This document shows, one piece after another, positions 63,855 through 64,000 of a stretch of DNA of 64,000 bases. The stretch comes from Candidatus Poribacteria bacterium. GTDB taxonomy: Bacteria; Poribacteria; WGA-4E; UBA9662. The stretch's first letter is position 1. Each line of letters begins with the position of its first letter. The notes beneath the pieces are model-generated. The model ran no database searches. It was not told the DNA's origin and was given only the letters and a program-made list of their open reading frames with translations. The stretch covers positions 1 to 64,000 of the forward strand of contig JAYGDX010000089.1 of assembly GCA_046582655.1 (NCBI GenBank), written 5' to 3'. The position numbers were made by a program, and so were the translations under genes.

Positions 63855-64000
63855 GGATTGATGTATTCTATTCGTGATATTTTGCATTTATCTATTATCA
63901 TGTAAGTTCGACTAAGAAACTAAATGACAACCGCAGGTAGATCAGCCAAACCCTTGACTCGGGGATTCAATCAGGGTTTCTTCTCTTGGTAAGAGGAGGC

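Overview
Bacterial chromosomal window of moderately low GC (low 40s % by eye), densely coding, with no rRNA, tRNA or CRISPR array recognised. The gene mix (phytanoyl-CoA dioxygenase, sulfatase-like, NHL/PQQ/TolB propellers, peptide-type ABC transporter, many lipoproteins) resembles marine diderm lineages such as Ca. Poribacteria; this is an unverified impression. Housekeeping genes: pyrK, dnaJ-like, nusB, rpsU, rsmB, rlmD-like and sat. Decayed genes are numerous: two to three IS remnants, an HsdR::HsdS fusion, and CDP-alcohol phosphotransferase, NUDIX, thioredoxin-NHL, sugar ABC ATPase and purU pseudogenes. Main findings: (1) an envelope redox cassette at 45.9-48.9 kb that the ORF track breaks up: a lipoprotein peroxiredoxin-like selenoprotein (in-frame UGA in a UxxC motif followed by a SECIS-like hairpin), a TlpA lipoprotein apparently starting at CTG, a 75-aa lipoprotein ending in CxxGxC, and a probable outer-membrane beta-barrel; (2) an ATP sulfurylase of the land-plant/PAPSS type rather than the usual bacterial type; (3) an AAA+ ATPase with inserted Ig-like domains coupled to a 1925-aa repetitive surface protein; (4) a DUF4956-CotH-VTC module inside a peptide ABC transporter operon.
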